Of a stretch of DNA of 64,000 bases, positions 46,721 to 55,391 are shown in pieces. The notes below the pieces were generated by a model. The model saw only the letters and a program-made list of their open reading frames with translations, ran no database searches and was not told where the DNA came from. Location: positions 2,424 through 66,423 of the forward strand of contig QZJO01000011.1 in NCBI GenBank assembly GCA_003599755.1, given 5' to 3'. The position numbers were made by a program, and so were the translations under genes. The DNA comes from Candidatus Parcubacteria bacterium. Lineage in GTDB: Bacteria > Patescibacteriota > Minisyncoccia > Sungbacterales > SURF-37. Each line of letters starts with the position of its first letter. Positions within the stretch are counted from its first letter, which is position 1.

Positions 46721-48247
46721 TTACATGCGCTTGGCTTCCTCGATCGCAGCCGTAAGCGCGGCTTCGGCCGCATCATCCAATGCGCCGGATTTGGCGATTG
46801 GCGCGAGAATAGTATCGCGGTAGCGTTTGTCGAGATAATCGAGGAGTTTGGCCTCGAACGCTTTGACGTCGGCGATGGCGATATCATCCAAATATCCATT
46901 GAGTGCCGCATAGAGCACTACCACTTGTCGCTCGAACGGCACGGGTTCGATGTCGGATTGCTTAAGAATTTCCGTGAGCAGTTCGCCGCGGCGAATTTTT
47001 GCTTTTGTCGCCTCGTCCAGATCCGACGCAAACTGCACGAATGCGGCCAGTTCCCGGAATTGCGCGAGTTCGAGGCGCAAGCGGCCAGCAACTTTTTTCA
47101 TGGCTTTAGTCTGGGCGGTCGAGCCGACGCGCGACACCGAGATGCCGACGTTGACCGCCGGCCGGATGCCGGCGAAAAAGAGTTCGCTCTGGAGGAAAAT
47201 CTGGCCATCGGTGATGGAGATGACGTTGGTCGGAATGTAGGCGGCCACGTCGCCCAGCTTCGTTTCGATAATCGGCAGCGCGGTCAGCGATCCCCCGCCG
47301 TGCTCTTCAGAGAGCTTGGCCGCGCGCTCCAAGAGCCGGGAATGGAGATAGAAAATATCGCCCGGATACGCTTCGCGCCCCGGCGGGCGGCGAAGCAATA
47401 GCGACAATTGGCGATAGGCATCGGCATGCTTGGAAAGATCATCGTAGACCACGAGCGCGTCTTGGCCGCTTTCCATGAAGTATTCGCCGATTGCCGCGCC
47501 GGCGAATGGGGCCAAATATTGCAGCGCTGCCGGCGCAGATGCGGGGGCGGAGACGACGATCGTGTAGGCAAGCGCGCCCTGCTCTTCCAAGAGCTTCACG
47601 ATCTTGGCCACTTTGGAATTTTTCTGGCCGATGGCCACGTAGATGCAGATCACCTGGCGGCGGCCCGGATCTTGGCGCTGGTTCAGAATCGTATCGAGCG
47701 CGATCGCGGTTTTGCCGGTCTGGCGATCGCCGATAATAAGCTCGCGCTGGCCCCGGCCGATCGGAATCATCGCATCGATGGATTTGATGCCGGTGTGCAG
47801 CGGCACGTTGACCGACTCGCGCGCGACCACCGAGGGCGCGTTTTTCTCAAGGCGATTTCTTTGGGCGTTTGCGGCATCCTTGAATATGACGCCCTTGCCG
47901 TCGAGCGGTTCGCCGAGCGGATCGACCACCCGGCCGATAAGCTCGCGGCCCACGGGGATGGAAAGCACCGCGCCGGTTTTTTTCACGCGGTCGCCCACGC
48001 GTACCGCATCGGCATTGCCGAGGATAATCGCGCCGATAAACGCTTCTTCAAGGTTTGCCGCCAAGGCGGTCACCTCGCCCGATGCGGTTTCGATCGCCAA
48101 GAGTTCCTGCGAAACGGCCTCGCCGAGGCCGGATATTTTGGCGATGCCGTCCCCGGTTTCGGTCACGGTCCCGATGCGTTCAAATTCGGGCTCGTCACGG
48201 AAGCCGGCGATTTCGCGTTTCAGTTGTTCGACGATTTCGTGTGCCAT
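46721..48247 (-). CDS. atpA: ATP synthase alpha
   Basis: [24 protein letters not shown]. Confidence 0.98.
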   Translation of the reverse strand: MAHEIVEQLKREIAGFRDEPEFERIGTVTETGDGIAKISGLGEAVSQELLAIETASGEVTALAANLEEAFIGAIILGNADAVRVGDRVKKTGAVLSIPVGRELIGRVVDPLGEPLDGKGVIFKDAANAQRNRLEKNAPSVVARESVNVPLHTGIKSIDAMIPIGRGQRELIIGDRQTGKTAIALDTILNQRQDPGRRQVICIYVAIGQKNSKVAKIVKLLEEQGALAYTIVVSAPASAPAALQYLAPFAGAAIGEYFMESGQDALVVYDDLSKHADAYRQLSLLLRRPPGREAYPGDIFYLHSRLLERAAKLSEEHGGGSLTALPIIETKLGDVAAYIPTNVISITDGQIFLQSELFFAGIRPAVNVGISVSRVGSTAQTKAMKKVAGRLRLELAQFRELAAFVQFASDLDEATKAKIRRGELLTEILKQSDIEPVPFERQVVVLYAALNGYLDDIAIADVKAFEAKLLDYLDKRYRDTILAPIAKSGALDDAAEAALTAAIEEAKRM

Positions 48248-48262
48248 GCTGCAGTCAGTGTG

Positions 48263-48649
48263 TTATCGCGATCCGGAGAACAGGCGGTTGAGTTTGCGCG
48301 CGAATGACATATCGAGCTCTTCTTCGCCGTCGACGGTGACGCGCGCGCCGGCGATGAGCGACGGATCGACGGCCGTCTCGACATGATCGGGCGCGGGAAA
48401 GCGCTTGCGGAATCGTGCGACGATTTCGTTGGATGCCGGCCGCGCGAACGTCACGCGGACCCAGCGGCCGCCGCGGCTTTTGACCAAGCGTCGTTCGATG
48501 GCCGCGACGATATCGTTCGCGCGCGATAGGTCGCCGTGCTTGGCGACCGCTTGGACGAATCGGCGCACGATGCGGGCGTGCTGGCCGGCAGGCGCTTCGT
48601 CGATGGCGGCAAGGAAAGCAGCTGCGTAGCGATCCGTAGTATGGCGCAT
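48263..48649 (-). CDS. atpH: ATP synthase delta (short)
   Basis: Position in operon; VDPSLIAG, DMSF..KL. Confidence 0.85.
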   Translation of the reverse strand: MRHTTDRYAAAFLAAIDEAPAGQHARIVRRFVQAVAKHGDLSRANDIVAAIERRLVKSRGGRWVRVTFARPASNEIVARFRKRFPAPDHVETAVDPSLIAGARVTVDGEEELDMSFARKLNRLFSGSR

Positions 48650-48654
48650 AGCGG

Positions 48655-49146
48655 TCAGCGGCTTTCGAGCGCTCGACGAATGAGCGCTTCGTCCACGGCC
48701 TTGGGATCTAGTTCGACGGTTTTGGCGATTGCCGCACGGATGATGCCCTGCGCCTCGCGGGAGACCGCATCAAGGGAGGCCAGTCGCTGGCGTTCGAGGG
48801 TTTGGGCCGCTTGGCGGGCGACCTCGTCTGATTTTTTCATCGCCACGGCGAGGATTTCTTGGGCGCGGTGCTTGCCCTCGCCCTCGGCTTTGCCGATGAT
48901 CTCGGCTGCTGCGGCGTCGGCTTCGAGGAGTTTCGCGGTGCGTTCTTCTTCGATCGCGGCAAGGCGGCGTTCCGCTTCTGCGGCGCCGGCGAGGCCGAAT
49001 TCGATCCGCTGGCGGCGCTCGGCCAATAGCGCCAAGAGCGGGCGCCAGACCAAGAAAGTGAGCGCGGCGAGGATTAAAAAGAAATTAACTCCCTGCGCGA
49101 TGAGGAGCCGCCAATCGATACCGAGTTGGTGGAAGAGATCGGACAC
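48655..49146 (-). CDS. atpF: ATP synthase b
   Basis: LGIDWRLLIAQGVNF, WRPL..LAERRQRI. Confidence 0.93.
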   Translation of the reverse strand: MSDLFHQLGIDWRLLIAQGVNFFLILAALTFLVWRPLLALLAERRQRIEFGLAGAAEAERRLAAIEEERTAKLLEADAAAAEIIGKAEGEGKHRAQEILAVAMKKSDEVARQAAQTLERQRLASLDAVSREAQGIIRAAIAKTVELDPKAVDEALIRRALESR

Positions 49147-49161
49147 GGAACGCGAACGTTG

Positions 49162-49392
49162 TTATTCAACGAATTTGAGGATGAGCGCGGTTACCAGCGC
49201 ATAGATGGCGATGGCTTCGGCAAACGCGATCGCGAGAATCATCGCGGTCTGGACTTTGGGGGCTGCCTCGGGGTTGCGGCCAATGGCATCGGCGCCTTTC
49301 GAGCCGATCCAGCCGATGGCAACCGCCGGCGCGATCGTGCCGAGCGCCATGATGCCGGCGATCGCGAAGAGTCGAGCGGTTTCTGCTTCCAT
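49162..49392 (-). CDS. atpE: ATP synthase c (H+-type: no Gln or Ser/Thr Na+ ligands)
   Basis: GRNPEA loop, AFAEAIAIY. Confidence 0.96.
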   Translation of the reverse strand: MEAETARLFAIAGIMALGTIAPAVAIGWIGSKGADAIGRNPEAAPKVQTAMILAIAFAEAIAIYALVTALILKFVE

Positions 49393-49442
49393 GGGTTCTT
49401 TCTTGCGGAATTAAGCGGAACGACCTTTATCAATCATGCCGG

Positions 49443-50192
49443 TCAGTGATGCGCGGCATCTTCCCGTACGGCTGACGCGATGAACACGAGCGTCAGCATG
49501 GAAAAGATGAGCGCCTGCACGAACCCGACGAAGATTTCCAAAAAAAGAAACGGCAGGGGGATGAAGTATGGGACGAGGAATCCGACGATCGTCAGCAATA
49601 CTTCCCCTGCGAATACGTTCCCGAACAACCGGAACGAGAACGAGATGATCTTAACAAATTCGGAGATAAATTCAAGGATTCCGGCGAAGGTGAGGATCGG
49701 GCTTTGGAGCGTGAAAAACTTCCCGAAATGGCGGAAAAAGCCGATTGCGGTTACGCCCAGGATGTTGGTCGCGAAGACCGATATAACCGCAAGCGCCAGC
49801 GTGAAGTTGAGGTCCGCCGCCGGAGCGCGGAACAGCGGCACCAAGACGCGATGGCCGTCGTGTTCCTGATATAGGCCGATGGATCCGATGCCCGGCAGAA
49901 GGCCGAGCCAGTTGGATATAAGAATGAAGAGAAAGACGGTGGCGATGAGCGGGAAGTAGCGTACGGACAGGTGCCGGCTGCCGAACAGCGTATCCATGAG
50001 CCCAAGCCCCTGCTCAATGAAGAGCTCGACGATGCTTTGCAGCCTTCCCGGTACAGGGGCCAGCGAGCGGCGCAGCGCAAAACCAATCGCGGCGAGAAGC
50101 AACACCGCGATGGTGGAAAGCAGGAGGGCGTTGGTGACCGCGAGCGGTCCGAGGTGAAAAAGTTCTTCGGCGCGGATGGATATTTCGGGCAT
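49443..50192 (-). CDS. atpB: ATP synthase a
   Basis: NWLGLLPG, SFRLFGNVFAGE, QALIF. Confidence 0.96.
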   Translation of the reverse strand: MPEISIRAEELFHLGPLAVTNALLLSTIAVLLLAAIGFALRRSLAPVPGRLQSIVELFIEQGLGLMDTLFGSRHLSVRYFPLIATVFLFILISNWLGLLPGIGSIGLYQEHDGHRVLVPLFRAPAADLNFTLALAVISVFATNILGVTAIGFFRHFGKFFTLQSPILTFAGILEFISEFVKIISFSFRLFGNVFAGEVLLTIVGFLVPYFIPLPFLFLEIFVGFVQALIFSMLTLVFIASAVREDAAHH

Positions 50193-50322
50193 AACGAAAC
50201 GATTCTAGCCATTTTTCGGCTATTCGGCAAGGCTGCGGGTGCTTGCGATGTTTTTCGAGTTGACACGTGTATCACAACTTAGTCAAATATTGACCCGCTG
50301 GTTACTTTGATGTATCGAATAC

Positions 50323-50469
50323 GGTCCCAGGAATTGAGAGCATTGTCGCGCCGACCCCTTCTGCCCCGAGCGCCTCGTTGGGCCTTCCGGGGAGGAGGGA
50401 TCGGGACATCTCAGTGTCCGGCCGCATGTCGAGTGGCTCAAGGGTAAAGCGCCCCCTCCACGCACGACC
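50323..50469 (+). ncRNA. Candidate multi-stem structured RNA or leader
   Basis: Promoter TTGACC-17-TATCGA (50290-50318); long stem CCGACCCCTTCTGCCCCG/CGGGGAGGAGGGATCGG plus small hairpins; G-U pairs favour + strand. Confidence 0.45.
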
Positions 50470-50470
50470 T

Positions 50471-50614
50471 ATGCGCCGAGTACTGGGCCTTGCCCTGCTG
50501 ATCATCGTGCTCCGAATCCTCGTGCCGCGGATTTATGCCGCGTTCGAGGGTTTCTCGGTCACGGCGTTCGGCCAGGCCGCCACCCTTCTCAATAGCCTGC
50601 CGCCGCGCGAATAG
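50471..50614 (+). CDS. Small membrane protein, 47 aa
   Basis: MRRVLGLALLIIVLRILVPRIYAAFE...; followed by terminator. Confidence 0.55.
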   Translation: MRRVLGLALLIIVLRILVPRIYAAFEGFSVTAFGQAATLLNSLPPRE

Positions 50615-50630
50615 GCGGCAGCATCAAAGC

Positions 50631-50662
50631 AACGGACGTTCCCAGCCGGGAACGTCCGTTTT
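50631..50662 (+). terminator. Intrinsic terminator
   Basis: AACGGACGTTCCC/GGGAACGTCCGTT 13-bp stem plus T-run. Confidence 0.75.
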
Positions 50663-50717
50663 GCAGGTATGACGGACTTATGAAAACACTACCTGTTCGG
50701 TGTGGGTCCTCCCTGCT

Positions 50718-51293
50718 CTAGCCGGTAAAAAAGCGCCGCAGGAATCCGGCAAGCTTATCCCCTTTGCCGGCGATCAAGCCAAGGATAATCAGCGCGGCGG
50801 CAAAAACAATGAAATAGTACCACCCGCTCTGATAGAATGTGCCACCGATAAGGAAAAAGATGATCGTCCCGGGCAAATTGCCGATAAGCGTTGAGAAGAA
50901 AAATTTCCAAAAACCGACCGTGGTCAGACCCGCTGCGTAGCTGATGTAGTCGAATACCGCATTGGACGGCAGGCGCAAGAGCACGAGCGTCCAGAATTTG
51001 CTCCGTTCGGAAATTTGGCGCTCCCATTCGGCAAGCTTCCCGAGCGACGCGAAGCGTCGCACTGCGGGCTCGCGGAAGCGCCGCGCGATCAAAAACGCCG
51101 TCGAGGCGCCGAACATTAGGCCGATCTCGCCGAGAATGAACGCTCGAATCGGTCCGAACAGAGCCATGCCGGCAAGATCAATAAATCCGCCCGGAATCGG
51201 CGGGATAATAATGGCCAGCGCTCGGATTGCTGTATAGAAGACCGGCGCGAGCACCGGATAGCCGGCAAGAAACTGCTGGAGACCCTCCCCCAT
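50718..51293 (-). CDS. TVP38/TMEM64 (VTT) family protein
   Basis: PPIPG, GASTAFLIARRF, LRL..FDYISYAAGLT. Confidence 0.88.
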   Translation of the reverse strand: MGEGLQQFLAGYPVLAPVFYTAIRALAIIIPPIPGGFIDLAGMALFGPIRAFILGEIGLMFGASTAFLIARRFREPAVRRFASLGKLAEWERQISERSKFWTLVLLRLPSNAVFDYISYAAGLTTVGFWKFFFSTLIGNLPGTIIFFLIGGTFYQSGWYYFIVFAAALIILGLIAGKGDKLAGFLRRFFTG

Positions 51294-51361
51294 AGGTAAG
51301 ATTTGACTTTATACGTCGTCTGGTATATTACGAACGGCACCACGCACCAGGAGGTGCACCG

Positions 51362-51598
51362 ATGGAGAAGCACATTGGGAGCGCATTGGCGATCCTTTCG
51401 GTCGTCGCGACGTACGGATACATGGCGTGGGATTTTTATTGGCATCCCCCGTGTCCGGCATGCGGCGACAACCTCCGTGGGAACCCTCGCCGGATCTCCC
51501 GGTTTCGCGGAACATGCCAGATCCACGGCGAGTTCGGGAGTGCTGCCTGGGACTGGCCGCGGTGGGCTTTGGCGCGGGCTACACCTCCTCGATCGTAG
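51362..51598 (+). CDS. Small orphan: TM helix plus CxxC...CxxH zinc-ribbon-like motif
   Basis: SD AGGAGGT, promoter TTGACT..TGgTATATT (51303-51329), terminator 51610-51648. Confidence 0.65.
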   Translation: MEKHIGSALAILSVVATYGYMAWDFYWHPPCPACGDNLRGNPRRISRFRGTCQIHGEFGSAAWDWPRWALARATPPRS

Positions 51599-51609
51599 CA
51601 GAGCAGCAA

Positions 51610-51648
51610 GCGGCGTCCCGATCCATTGGGACGCCGCGCATTTTATTT
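51610..51648 (+). terminator. Intrinsic terminator
   Basis: GCGGCGTCCC/GGGACGCCGC stem plus TTTTATTT. Confidence 0.75.
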
Positions 51649-51657
51649 AAAGAAATG

Positions 51658-52077
51658 TTATTGCCACGCGCCGATAATCGCGCCCATGACCAGTAGCGAG
51701 ACGAGCCACTGAGCGCCGTTGAGCGCGACGAGTCCCCAGGGCTTCCCTTCCCAAAGCGCGGCGCCCGCCGTGATCGGGAGGACGAACCCGAGCCAGTTCC
51801 AAAACGCGCCCTGCAGTCCGGCATTGATGCCCGACGCGTTGGTGTAGGCCATGCCGAACTCGATCGAGTGCGCGAGGACGTAGGCCATGACGAGCGCGCC
51901 GATGAATCCGCCGATGGTTGCTCCCAGCGGCGTCATCTTCATGGCCTTCATGCTTTCACCCGTGAAGCCCATGTAGCGCTTCCACATGCTGCCGAACAGG
52001 GGGCCGTACCAGAGAAACCCGACCGCCATACTCGCGACCGCAGCTGCAACTACCGCGACGTAATTGATAGGAACCAT
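51658..52077 (-). CDS. DUF1761 membrane protein
   Basis: INYVAV..A..GFLWYGPLFG..W, WLGF. Confidence 0.85.
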   Translation of the reverse strand: MVPINYVAVVAAAVASMAVGFLWYGPLFGSMWKRYMGFTGESMKAMKMTPLGATIGGFIGALVMAYVLAHSIEFGMAYTNASGINAGLQGAFWNWLGFVLPITAGAALWEGKPWGLVALNGAQWLVSLLVMGAIIGAWQ

Positions 52078-52080
52078 GGG

Positions 52081-53163
52081 TTACTGCCTTAGGGGCTTAT
52101 TATCCTCACTATAAGGAGGACGGGAATGTAAGACAAACATGGCGTCCCCAAAGGAGAACAGCCGGAACCGGCGGCGAATCGCCGTGCGATACAGCCCGAG
52201 GAGTTTTGCCCGGCCCACGAACGCGGCGACGAGCATCAGTAAACTGGATTTGGGGACGTGGAAATTTGTAATCATGCCGTCCACGAATTGGAATCGGTAG
52301 CCGGGGCGAATGAAGAGGCGCGTTTTGCCGGTTCGTTTTCGCAATACGCCCCTTGCATCGGCGGCCGATTCGAGCGCGCGTACAACCGTGGTGCCGACCG
52401 CAATGATCGGCCGGCCTTGTTGCTTTGCGCGTTCCAGGCGTCGCGCAGCCGCGGCCGGAATCGCATAGTACTCCGCATGCAGCCGGCCGGTCCGGATTGC
52501 GCGATCATTGAGCGGCGCGAATGTCCCAAGGTGCACGTGCAAGGTGATGCGTTCGATCGCGATCCCCCGCCGCTCGAGTTTTTTCATAAGCGCGGGCGTG
52601 AAATGGAGCGATGCGGTCGGCGCGGCCACGGAACCGGGCACGCGGGCAAACACGCTTTGGTACTCGCGGTGAAGCTTGCGGGCCGAGAGCGGCGTTCCTT
52701 TGATATAGGGCGGAATCGGCGCCTGGCCGTAGCGTTCCAGGATCGTTCGCAAGCGGCGCATGGGGAACAAGAGCTTGATGCGCCACGCTTCGCCGACGCG
52801 ACGGAGTACCCGGAAGCGCGTTTGCTCGGGCCCGCAAAGCAGCATGCCTGGCGCGAGCGCTTTGGGCGCGAGCGCGAGAAAACCTCGCCGATCAAACGAG
52901 AGCGCGAGTAATGCCACCGCGCCGCCGCTCGCCTTGTGCACGACCAGGCGCGCGGGAATGACTTTCGTTTCGTTGATGACGAGCACCGCGCGGTCCGGCA
53001 GATAGCGGCCGATATTCCGGAATACGTCGAATGCCGTGCGCCCGGTACGCATATCGTGCACGAGCAGCCGCGCGCTATCGCGCGGCTTGGCCGGTTTGTT
53101 GGCGATGAGGTGCGCCGGCGCGCGATAGTCGTAGGGCGCGAGCGCGGCGAGGCGCGAGGTCAT
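52081..53163 (-). CDS. queA: S-adenosylmethionine:tRNA ribosyltransferase-isomerase
   Basis: NETKVIPARL, PIPPYI, GSVAAPTASLHF, AVGTTVVRALE, TNFHVPKS, FSFGDAM. Confidence 0.95.
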   Translation of the reverse strand: MTSRLAALAPYDYRAPAHLIANKPAKPRDSARLLVHDMRTGRTAFDVFRNIGRYLPDRAVLVINETKVIPARLVVHKASGGAVALLALSFDRRGFLALAPKALAPGMLLCGPEQTRFRVLRRVGEAWRIKLLFPMRRLRTILERYGQAPIPPYIKGTPLSARKLHREYQSVFARVPGSVAAPTASLHFTPALMKKLERRGIAIERITLHVHLGTFAPLNDRAIRTGRLHAEYYAIPAAAARRLERAKQQGRPIIAVGTTVVRALESAADARGVLRKRTGKTRLFIRPGYRFQFVDGMITNFHVPKSSLLMLVAAFVGRAKLLGLYRTAIRRRFRLFSFGDAMFVLHSRPPYSEDNKPLRQ

Positions 53164-54296
53164 ACCGTACCCCGCCGAATCCCCTCCCGGATGCGCGCTA
53201 CGTACGCATTGAACCAAAAGAGATTATGGAACGTGATGAGGGTAAGCGGCGTGATCTCATGCGCGCGCAACAGATGCGTGAGGTACGCGCGGCTATAGTT
53301 TTTACACGTGGGGCAGGCACAGGCCGCGTCGATCGGCCGATGGTCATTGAGGCACGACCGCCTTTTCAGATCCAAGCGTCCCTTGGCAACAAATGCGATG
53401 CCGCGGCGGGCGTAATGAGTCGGCACGATACAATCGAACGTATCCACGCCCGCGCGTATGATTTTCGGGATATCTTCGGGGTAGCCGATGCCGAGTAGGT
53501 GGCGCGGTTTTTCTTCGGGCAGCGTGTCGGTTACCCATCGAATCATGCGGATCATCTCGGGTTTTGAAGCGCCGAATTCGCCGCCGATGCCGAACCCCTC
53601 AAATCCGAGCTTGCCGATGAACAGAGCGCTTTTCTGGCGAAGGTCCTGGTATTTCCCGCCCTGCACGATGCCGTAGAGCGCCTGCTTCTTCGAATGCTCG
53701 TTGAGCGACAGTTCGGCCCAGCGGTGCGTGCGCCGCAGCGATTCTTCGTGATACGCGCGCGTGGCCTGCGGCGGCGGGCATTCGTCGAAGGCGAACGCGA
53801 TATCCGCGCCGAGCGCGGCCTGGATACGCATGGACGATTTTGGATCAAGGTAGAGTTTTTTGCCGTCGATGTACGAGCGGAACGTCACGCCGCGCTCATC
53901 GATCCGTACGAGTTTGGGCTGGGAGCCGGGCTTGATGATCGGGCGCTTGTCCTCCTTGAGAATTTTGGTGGTACCCCGATCCATGCCGAACCCGAGCGAG
54001 AATACTTGGAAGCCGCCCGAGTCGGTCATGAGCGGCCGCGGCCAATGCATGAACGCATGCAGGCCGCCGTGCTTTTTCACGATCCCTTCGCCCGGCCGGA
54101 GATGCAGGTGGTACGTATTGCAAATCAGAAGCTGAGTACCGGTTGCAAGCACCTGGTCGGCAGTCATGGCTTTGACCGTCGCTTGGGTGGCAACGGGTAC
54201 GAGCGTCGGAGTTTGGACTTCGCCGTGCGGCGTCTTCAATAAGCCGAGGCGCGCGCGGCTTTTCTTTGACTCCTGGAGAATGCGGAATGAAATCAT
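53160..54296 (-). CDS. tgt: tRNA-guanine transglycosylase
   Basis: NTYHL, TDSGGFQVFSL, FDEC, GIVQGG, CACPTC...HN. Confidence 0.96.
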   Translation of the reverse strand: MISFRILQESKKSRARLGLLKTPHGEVQTPTLVPVATQATVKAMTADQVLATGTQLLICNTYHLHLRPGEGIVKKHGGLHAFMHWPRPLMTDSGGFQVFSLGFGMDRGTTKILKEDKRPIIKPGSQPKLVRIDERGVTFRSYIDGKKLYLDPKSSMRIQAALGADIAFAFDECPPPQATRAYHEESLRRTHRWAELSLNEHSKKQALYGIVQGGKYQDLRQKSALFIGKLGFEGFGIGGEFGASKPEMIRMIRWVTDTLPEEKPRHLLGIGYPEDIPKIIRAGVDTFDCIVPTHYARRGIAFVAKGRLDLKRRSCLNDHRPIDAACACPTCKNYSRAYLTHLLRAHEITPLTLITFHNLFWFNAYVARIREGIRRGTV

Positions 54297-54517
54297 AAAT
54301 CGGCGATCTCGATAACCTTGGTGCGGCTTGCCGCGCCGGATGTGATGCGCACGGCTGACGGCGGGACATCGAAATGTTCGGCGATCGCGCGGATCACTGC
54401 TTCGTTGGCTCTGCCATCAACGGGGCGTTCGCGTACGCGCACGCGAAACTCCAGCGGTCCGATCCCATCAACGGAGACCATGCGGCTTCCGGTCGTTACG
54501 TGTATGCGGATGCGCAT
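54293..54517 (-). CDS. DUF167 (YggU/UPF0235) protein
   Basis: PVDGRANEAVI, GAASRTK. Confidence 0.88.
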   Translation of the reverse strand: MRIRIHVTTGSRMVSVDGIGPLEFRVRVRERPVDGRANEAVIRAIAEHFDVPPSAVRITSGAASRTKVIEIADL

Positions 54518-54553
54518 CTCGGTAGTGAGGTCTCGAAATTAGTCGGAAGTAGG

Positions 54554-54994
54554 TCAGTCCTTGAGCAGCGACTCTAATGTTTTGTCGACAGTGATTCGTG
54601 CATTTCGCTCCCGTAGGGTATGCACGAGAGCATAGAGCTGCTGCCGTGTGAACGGCCGCGTATGGATCGTGAACGCGAATTGCCCGTTTCTGTCGTAAAC
54701 GTCAATTAAAGGGAATCGTTGCGAGGTTAAGCGAAATGCAGGCCTCACTACGATCTTTACAATGTCATCGACAAGAATACGCCGACGCACGAAGAAAAAA
54801 GCTGATTCGAGAGAGCCGCCCTCTAGTCGTAGCCAAGTACCACGAAGGATAAGGAATAAGAACGCCAACGCCCCTATAACGATCAACGCCCCGAAAAGCA
54901 ATGCTGCAAGCGTTCCCGCGGCCGAAACGAGAATAGCACCCATGAGCATTAACAGGGGGAGGATCCAATTGGTGGAAAACGGAGGTCGATACAT
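54554..54994 (-). CDS. 2-TM protein with PH-like soluble domain
   Basis: Two TM helices then beta-rich region; lower GC. Confidence 0.6.
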   Translation of the reverse strand: MYRPPFSTNWILPLLMLMGAILVSAAGTLAALLFGALIVIGALAFLFLILRGTWLRLEGGSLESAFFFVRRRILVDDIVKIVVRPAFRLTSQRFPLIDVYDRNGQFAFTIHTRPFTRQQLYALVHTLRERNARITVDKTLESLLKD

Positions 54995-55036
54995 GAGTGT
55001 AGTGGCTTATCACGCAGCGCATGCTTTTACATATGG

Positions 55037-55321
55037 TCAGCGACGCCTCCAGAACCGGCGTCGTTTGACGTAGATTTCCTGCCACCAAAATTGGCCTGCC
55101 GAAAATCCCGCCAATGCCCCGGCTGCCAGGAGGATGAATGAAAGGATGTTGTGGATGAGGACCCAGGTCTCCCAGGTCCAGCCGAATCCGTAGCGTGAAA
55201 AGTCCTCAAGAAGCAACCCGATGTACCAGGTTTCGATGACCGCATGGGCGATGAATTGTACGAGGATGCCGAGTACGGTAAACGCGGCGATGTAGACGAC
55301 GCGCTTCGAAAGAGAGCTCAT
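55037..55321 (-). CDS. Small membrane protein
   Basis: LGILVQFIAHAVIE..Y, G..WW..IYV; TGcTATACT-N6-ATG leaderless start. Confidence 0.7.
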   Translation of the reverse strand: MSSLSKRVVYIAAFTVLGILVQFIAHAVIETWYIGLLLEDFSRYGFGWTWETWVLIHNILSFILLAAGALAGFSAGQFWWQEIYVKRRRFWRRR

Positions 55322-55336
55322 GCCAGCAGTATAGCA

Positions 55337-55376
55337 TTTTTTTAAATGAGCGCGGGACCGGCGGCTGCCGGTCCCG
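55337..55376 (-). terminator. Hairpin terminator after purH
   Basis: CGGGACCGGC/GCCGGTCCCG stem. Confidence 0.6.
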
Positions 55377-55391
55377 GGATTGGCTGGAGAG

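Noticed and set aside
49443-54296. UGA recoding (genetic code 25, as in some CPR)
   Set aside because: atpB and tgt end at TGA at their expected C-termini and conserved genes have no internal TGA.
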